Shown here piece by piece: positions 59,186-64,000 of a DNA stretch of 64,000 nucleotides. Origin of the DNA: a phage; the NCBI GenBank assembly GCA_014685065.1, contig GCA_014685065.1_4092.1. One strand, written 5' to 3'. A program made the position numbers and the translations under genes. A model generated the notes under the pieces. That model did not search any database. It was not told the origin of the DNA and saw only the letters and a list, made by a program, of their open reading frames with translations. Numbering within the stretch: the stretch's first letter is position 1; every line of letters starts with the position of its first letter.

Positions 59186-59809
59186 ATGAGTAGTATGATT
59201 CGTGAATGGTCTTCATTCAATGATTCTAAAGTTGTTTTGGAACATCGTGATAATGGATTTGGTGGGCGTGACTGCTATCTTCGTGGTATTGCTATTCAAG
59301 CCGACCAACGAAATTTGAACGAGAGAATTTACCCTTTATCTGAAATTACAAGGGCAGTAAATAACATGAACCAGCGTTTAGCTAAAGGTGAAAGCATTCT
59401 TGTTGAATGTGACCATCCAGAAACACTAACTATTAACCTAGACCGTGTAGCAGCAATGATTACTAAGGTTTGGATGGAAGGTGCTAATGGTATGGCAGAA
59501 ATCAAACTACTTGATACTGCACATGGTCAGAATATCCGTAAAATGCTAGAGGCTGGTGTAAAACTTGGTGTAAGTTCTCGCGGTTCCGGTAACGTTGATT
59601 ATAATGGAATAGTTTCTGATTTTGAAATTATCACTATTGATATTGTTGCTCAACCTAGTGCTCCAGAAGCATACCCAACAGCGGTATTTGAATCTCTGAT
59701 GAGTAAGTACGGATCACCTTGTAATAGTTCTAAAAAAATCACTGAATCTAAAAAAGTAAATAATTTAGATTCTGAAATATACGATTTTTTCAAGAAATTA
59801 AAAGGTTAA
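59186..59809 (+). CDS. prohead core protease (T4 gp21-like)
   Basis: Collinear with gp21-family pattern N.RIYP...CDHPE...AMITKVWMEG...GVKLGVSSRGSG...DFE...D.V.QPS.PEAY (T4 gp21 recalled from memory). Confidence 0.6.
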   Translation: MSSMIREWSSFNDSKVVLEHRDNGFGGRDCYLRGIAIQADQRNLNERIYPLSEITRAVNNMNQRLAKGESILVECDHPETLTINLDRVAAMITKVWMEGANGMAEIKLLDTAHGQNIRKMLEAGVKLGVSSRGSGNVDYNGIVSDFEIITIDIVAQPSAPEAYPTAVFESLMSKYGSPCNSSKKITESKKVNNLDSEIYDFFKKLKG

Positions 59810-59820
59810 CATTTTAAAAA

Positions 59821-59828
59821 TATAAATA
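59821..59828 (+). promoter_or_regulatory. T4-like late promoter motif TATAAATA
   Basis: Exact TATAAATA 48 nt upstream of the scaffold start; overlaps an 8-bp hairpin (59826-59849). Confidence 0.45.
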
Positions 59829-59875
59829 TCTGTATGTTGAAGTACAGATATTTCAGTACTTAAAGGAGAGAACGA

Positions 59876-60991
59876 ATGTCTAAATTAGAAAAGCTTCTAA
59901 AAGAATCATCTCTTTCTGATGAGGCAAAACAGCTAATTCAGGAAGCATGGAATGAAGAAAAGAATACACTAGCCGCAGAGATGCGTGAAGAAATGAAAGG
60001 CCGTTATCAGCAAGATTTGGCTGAACTAACCGAAGGTTTGAACACTATGGTTACTCAAGTCATTGCTGAAGAAATGGGTGCTGTATATGAAGAGAAAAAA
60101 CGTCTCGTTGAAGATCGTGTAACTCTACGTAAAACACTAAGCAATTTCTCTGCGTTTTCAAACTCTGTTTTGGCTGAAGAAGTTAAACAAATGCGTAAAG
60201 AACGTAAGCATCTTCATGAATGCATGGGTAAATTCGTTAATTTTTCTAACGGTATCCTAGCAGAAGAGCTAAAAGAATTCCACACTGAAAAACGCCAACT
60301 AGTAGAAACTCGCGTTAAACTACTTGCTGAAGGTTCACGTCAAATTGCTGAAGCTCGTAATAACTTCATCAAACGTACATCTGAAAGTGCTGCTAAATAT
60401 ATTGCAGAAACCACTCAGAAGAATCTATATGCGTTGAAACAAGATCTAGTGGAAGCAAAACAAAATATGTTTGGTCGTAAAATCTTTGAAGCATTTGCTC
60501 AAGAGTTTAATGTCAAACAATTTAATGAAAACTCATTGCTACGTTCCCTAACTGAATCAATTAAATCTAAAGAAGATGAAATTGCTCAAGTTAAGCAAGA
60601 ACTACATGAAACTGCTAATGCCGTTAAAGCTGCTAAAACCAAACTACGTATTATGGAAGATGCACAAGCACGTAATGCGATTATGTCTGAACTAGTAAAA
60701 CCACTAACTGCACAGCAAAAACAAATTATGGAATCCCTTCTAGCTACTTCACCTACTGAAAAGCTTAAAGAAGATTTCAGCAAGTACCATAAGTCAGTAC
60801 TTAACGGTACTAAAGTAAATGAATCTGCTACCACTCGTCAAGCAGTTCAGTCTTCCGCTAAGAAAACTCTTGCAGAAGGTAAAGTAATCACTGGCAACCG
60901 TCAGGCTATTGTTGAAAGCGAAGAAATGACCGCTGACGATATGGCATTCCTAAAAGAACTAGATGTTCTTTCAGGTATCAATAAAAAATAA
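59876..60991 (+). CDS. prohead scaffolding protein (gp22-like)
   Basis: 371 aa, A/E/K/Q-rich with heptad-like periodicity (predicted coiled coil); position between protease and capsid genes. Confidence 0.55.
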   Translation: MSKLEKLLKESSLSDEAKQLIQEAWNEEKNTLAAEMREEMKGRYQQDLAELTEGLNTMVTQVIAEEMGAVYEEKKRLVEDRVTLRKTLSNFSAFSNSVLAEEVKQMRKERKHLHECMGKFVNFSNGILAEELKEFHTEKRQLVETRVKLLAEGSRQIAEARNNFIKRTSESAAKYIAETTQKNLYALKQDLVEAKQNMFGRKIFEAFAQEFNVKQFNENSLLRSLTESIKSKEDEIAQVKQELHETANAVKAAKTKLRIMEDAQARNAIMSELVKPLTAQQKQIMESLLATSPTEKLKEDFSKYHKSVLNGTKVNESATTRQAVQSSAKKTLAEGKVITGNRQAIVESEEMTADDMAFLKELDVLSGINKK

Positions 60992-61029
60992 ACATTTTAA
61001 AGCATTTTAATAATCAAATTTTTCAGTTC

Positions 61030-61037
61030 TATAAATA
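61030..61037 (+). promoter_or_regulatory. T4-like late promoter motif TATAAATA
   Basis: Exact TATAAATA 46 nt upstream of the capsid start; extended block TAAATAATATCATACT shared with 58268-58283. Confidence 0.5.
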
Positions 61038-61082
61038 ATATCATACTGAAAAACGAATATAACATCTTTAAGGAGATATATA

Positions 61083-62258
61083 ATGTCACAACTACTAAAT
61101 GAATCCAAATGGGTAGCAGTAAAAGAGAAACTAGTTGAAGGTCTACAGGGTACTCGTAAGTCTGTAATGGAAACTGTTCTTGATAACCATCGTAAAGTTA
61201 TGCTAACTGAATCCGCAACTTCTGGTGCAACTACCGCTGGTAACATCGCTACTCTAAACAAAGTGATTCTACCAATTATGCGTCGTGTAATGCCAACCGT
61301 TATTGCTAACGAAATCATCGGTGTTCAACCTATGACTGGTCCAGTTGGTCAGATCCACACCCTACGTGTACAATATGCTGATAACGCACCTGGTGTAATC
61401 GCTGGTGAAGAAATGCTTTCTCCATACAAAATCGCTAAATCTTACTCTGGTGATCTAAATGCGGATAATAGCAACCCACAAGCTGCTCCTACTAGCCAAC
61501 TAGAAGGTACTATGGGTCGTCGCGTTAACATCCGTATTCTACGTGAAACTGTTGAAGCGAAATCTCGTCGTCTATCTGCACGTTGGACTGTTGAATCTGC
61601 ACAAGATGCTCAATCCCAACATGGTGTTGACGTTGAAGCAGAACTAATGGCTGCAATCGCTCAAGAAGTTACTGTAGAAATCGACCAAGAGCTACTAAGC
61701 CGTCTACGTGCACTACCTGGTGCTGCTGCTGTAACTTATGACCAATCTAAAGTTACTGGTGTTGCAACCTTCGTTGGTGATGAGCACGCTGCTCTAGCTA
61801 CTCTAATTAACCGTCAAGCAAACGAAGTTGCTCGTCGTACTAAGCGTGGTGCTGCAAACTGGGCTGTTGTTTCCCCAACTGCACTAACCATTCTACAATC
61901 TGCTACTACTTCTAGCTTTGCACGTACCACTGAAGGTACTTTTGAAGCACCAACTAACGTTAAGTTTGTAGGTACTCTAAACAGCACTATGCGTATTTTC
62001 GTTGATACCTATGCTAGTGATGCAGAAGATATTCTAATTGGTTATAAAGGAAATGCGGAAACTGATGCTGGTGTATTCTATTGCCCATACATCCCACTAA
62101 TGGCTTCCGGTACTGTAATGGACCCTAACACTGGGGAACTCGTTACAACTTTCTTAACCAGATACGGGTATGTTCAGTTGACCGATAGCACCAGTTCACT
62201 AGGTAACGCTGCGGACTACTACAGCAAAATCGCTATCAAAAACGTTACTTTCATGTAA
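61083..62258 (+). CDS. major capsid protein (gp23-like position)
   Basis: 391 aa directly after the scaffold gene; strongly biased codon usage suggests high expression; strong terminator follows. Confidence 0.6.
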   Translation: MSQLLNESKWVAVKEKLVEGLQGTRKSVMETVLDNHRKVMLTESATSGATTAGNIATLNKVILPIMRRVMPTVIANEIIGVQPMTGPVGQIHTLRVQYADNAPGVIAGEEMLSPYKIAKSYSGDLNADNSNPQAAPTSQLEGTMGRRVNIRILRETVEAKSRRLSARWTVESAQDAQSQHGVDVEAELMAAIAQEVTVEIDQELLSRLRALPGAAAVTYDQSKVTGVATFVGDEHAALATLINRQANEVARRTKRGAANWAVVSPTALTILQSATTSSFARTTEGTFEAPTNVKFVGTLNSTMRIFVDTYASDAEDILIGYKGNAETDAGVFYCPYIPLMASGTVMDPNTGELVTTFLTRYGYVQLTDSTSSLGNAADYYSKIAIKNVTFM

Positions 62259-62302
62259 TTGTAATAGATTTAAAAGATTTAATCAAAAAAAATAAAAACA
62301 AA

Positions 62303-62333
62303 AGGGACTCTTCGGAGTCCCTTTTCTTTTTAT
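62303..62333 (+). terminator. intrinsic terminator
   Basis: AGGGACTC-TTCG-GAGTCCCT hairpin followed by TTTCTTTTTATT. Confidence 0.75.
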
Positions 62334-62404
62334 TAAAAAACCCTTTACACAATGTTCTGGAATGTATATAATACGCACATACACGAAAATAAAGAGACAA
62401 AATT

Positions 62405-63502
62405 ATGCCAAACGTAAGTATCAACAAAGAAGAGTTTATCAGCAAAATGACTGCTAAGTATGGTGAATTTGATTTCAGTACTTTAGTATTCAAAGCAAGT
62501 AAAACAACTGTGAAATGTAACAAGTGTGGAAAAGAAAACATAAAATCTGCACTTCGTCACATTGCATGTACATGTGCATCATGTTATTCAAACATGTCGC
62601 AACGTTCAAACAACGACACATTCATCAGCACGGTAGAAAATAAATTTGGTAAAGATAAATTCAAATTTGATAAACTAAATTACACTAACGCTATAACAAA
62701 AGTAACACTCTTTTGCACTGATGAAGAGCACAACGATTACTTTGAAATAACACCAAACAAATTTCTTTCTGGTAAGGGATGTCCTGTGTGTAATAAAAAT
62801 GAAGCATACAGTACTGAATCATTCACTGCAAAAGTAAAAGAAAACTATGGTGATGCATTGGATTTGACAAATACTGTTTATGTCAATCAGAAAACTAAAG
62901 TAACGGTTCATTGCACAAAAGGACATCACGACTGGACAGTAGATCCAAAAACTTTAATCGTCGGTAAAACTGGCTGTGGTACATGCTCTGGTAAAGGTGG
63001 ACGAAGTACTGAGCGTTTCATTGAACTAGTATCACCAATTCATAACCATAAGTATGATTATAGCTTGGTGGATTATACAACAAGTGAGAAGTATGTGGAT
63101 ATTGTGTGTCCGACGCATGGTGTTTTTTCCCAACAACCAAAAGCACATATGGCGGGTAAAGGATGTCCATCATGTGGTGAATATGGATATCAACCATCAA
63201 AACCTGGATATTTCTATGTTCAAAAACTAACTAACAATGACAAGACGGTGTACAAATATGGAATCACTGGTGATATGAAACGCCGTGTAAACGAACAAAG
63301 TCGTAATTCTGGGTTCGAACATGAAGTACTAGTAGAACGCTACTTTGAAGATGGAAATCAACCATTACTGTTGGAAAAGTTCATAAAGAAATACATTGAA
63401 AGTGGAGTAGTAAGTACTGAAGAGTTGCCGTCAGGATTTACTGAAACGTTTGATGAAAAGTATCTAAAATCTGTACTGGAAATTGTAAATAACTTTAAGT
63501 AA
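62405..63502 (+). CDS. free-standing nuclease: four Cys/His repeat units plus C-terminal GIY-YIG-like domain (putative homing endonuclease)
   Basis: Four repeats ending in GKGCPxC-type motifs, then GYFYVQKL...YKYGITGDMKRRVNEQ (GIY...YIG...R...E) at 63216-63275. Confidence 0.55.
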   Translation: MPNVSINKEEFISKMTAKYGEFDFSTLVFKASKTTVKCNKCGKENIKSALRHIACTCASCYSNMSQRSNNDTFISTVENKFGKDKFKFDKLNYTNAITKVTLFCTDEEHNDYFEITPNKFLSGKGCPVCNKNEAYSTESFTAKVKENYGDALDLTNTVYVNQKTKVTVHCTKGHHDWTVDPKTLIVGKTGCGTCSGKGGRSTERFIELVSPIHNHKYDYSLVDYTTSEKYVDIVCPTHGVFSQQPKAHMAGKGCPSCGEYGYQPSKPGYFYVQKLTNNDKTVYKYGITGDMKRRVNEQSRNSGFEHEVLVERYFEDGNQPLLLEKFIKKYIESGVVSTEELPSGFTETFDEKYLKSVLEIVNNFK

Positions 63503-63525
63503 ACAATCTAAAGGAGTTGACACGG

Positions 63526-63876
63526 ATGTTAACTGTATACAAATTTAATAGAGAAGAGTACTTAAAGAGTCAGTACTCAAACATAGAAATAAATGTTCCT
63601 TATGGGACATTAGTTGGTTATGATGAATCCACCGAAACTTTATATTATAATGATGATAGATTGGATTATAGTTTAGATTCTTTTATAGAAGATATACTAA
63701 ACACACATACTGAAGATATGTTATATGAAGAATACATAGATCATTATAGGGAACGTATGTCACAATTACACTCGGACGCTCCAGTACTAAACATTACACA
63801 AGAACCTTCTGAATTTCAGCCCCATAATCCTTTTCAACGTTTAATAGATATTGGTTTGAAATTCACTATTAGTTGA
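63526..63876 (+). CDS. hypothetical protein
   Basis: ORF-track start is TTG 63517; ATG 63526 with AAGGAG RBS preferred; 116 aa. Confidence 0.45.
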   Translation: MLTVYKFNREEYLKSQYSNIEINVPYGTLVGYDESTETLYYNDDRLDYSLDSFIEDILNTHTEDMLYEEYIDHYRERMSQLHSDAPVLNITQEPSEFQPHNPFQRLIDIGLKFTIS

Positions 63877-63915
63877 TAGATAAATATCTCCATATTAATG
63901 ATGGAGATTGAATCT

Positions 63916-64000
63916 ATGTCACAGATATGTTATGTTATAATAAATTCTGCATGGCCTGAGTATGTTAAAATTGGTTTTACTTCAAAATCAGAAATGACAG
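63916..64000 (+). CDS. 3' partial ORF, N-terminus resembles GIY-YIG/T5orf172-type nuclease fold
   Basis: MSQICYVIINSAWPEYVKIGFTS fits the YVI...KIG(F/I)T start of T5orf172/GIY-YIG-like domains; runs off the window end. Confidence 0.3.
   Translation, partial: MSQICYVIINSAWPEYVKIGFTSKSEMT

Noticed and set aside
1-64000. Prophage boundary, integrase, transposase or IS element
   Set aside because: No integrase or transposase-like ORF and no terminal inverted repeats were seen; gene content is that of a lytic phage, and the only mobile-like elements are the free-standing nuclease genes.

Overview
The window reads as a segment of an AT-rich, large T4-related myovirus genome; all calls rest on reading the ORF translations and DNA by eye, with no searches run. 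Recognisable modules: a nucleotide-metabolism block with thymidylate synthase (1-3.3 kb); a large minus-strand tail fibre/tail spike cluster (3.3-17.7 kb) with repeat-rich genes including an 1841-aa fibre; a Nudix hydrolase; a stand-alone ClpA-like AAA+ unfoldase on the opposite strand (23.4-25.7 kb); a baseplate core (hub/spike with lysozyme domain, free lysozyme, gp25-like, then 1153-aa and ~3323-aa proteins); a gp55-like late sigma factor followed by gp47/gp46 (SbcD/SbcC-like) recombination nuclease; and a T4-order head module (portal, acidic core protein, prohead protease, scaffold, major capsid protein). At least three free-standing nuclease genes punctuate these modules, two of which share a tandem Cys/His repeat array fused to different nuclease domains. 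The strongest candidate for something undescribed is an ~0.8 kb ORF-free locus (51990-52780) with its own early-type promoter and intrinsic terminator, most simply read as a ~450 nt structured noncoding RNA. A promoter class (nnGACA, 16 nt, TGnTATAAT) recurs four times, and a T4-like late motif (TATAAATA) with a conserved leader precedes head genes. Affiliation with giant RaK2/121Q-like phages is only a guess.
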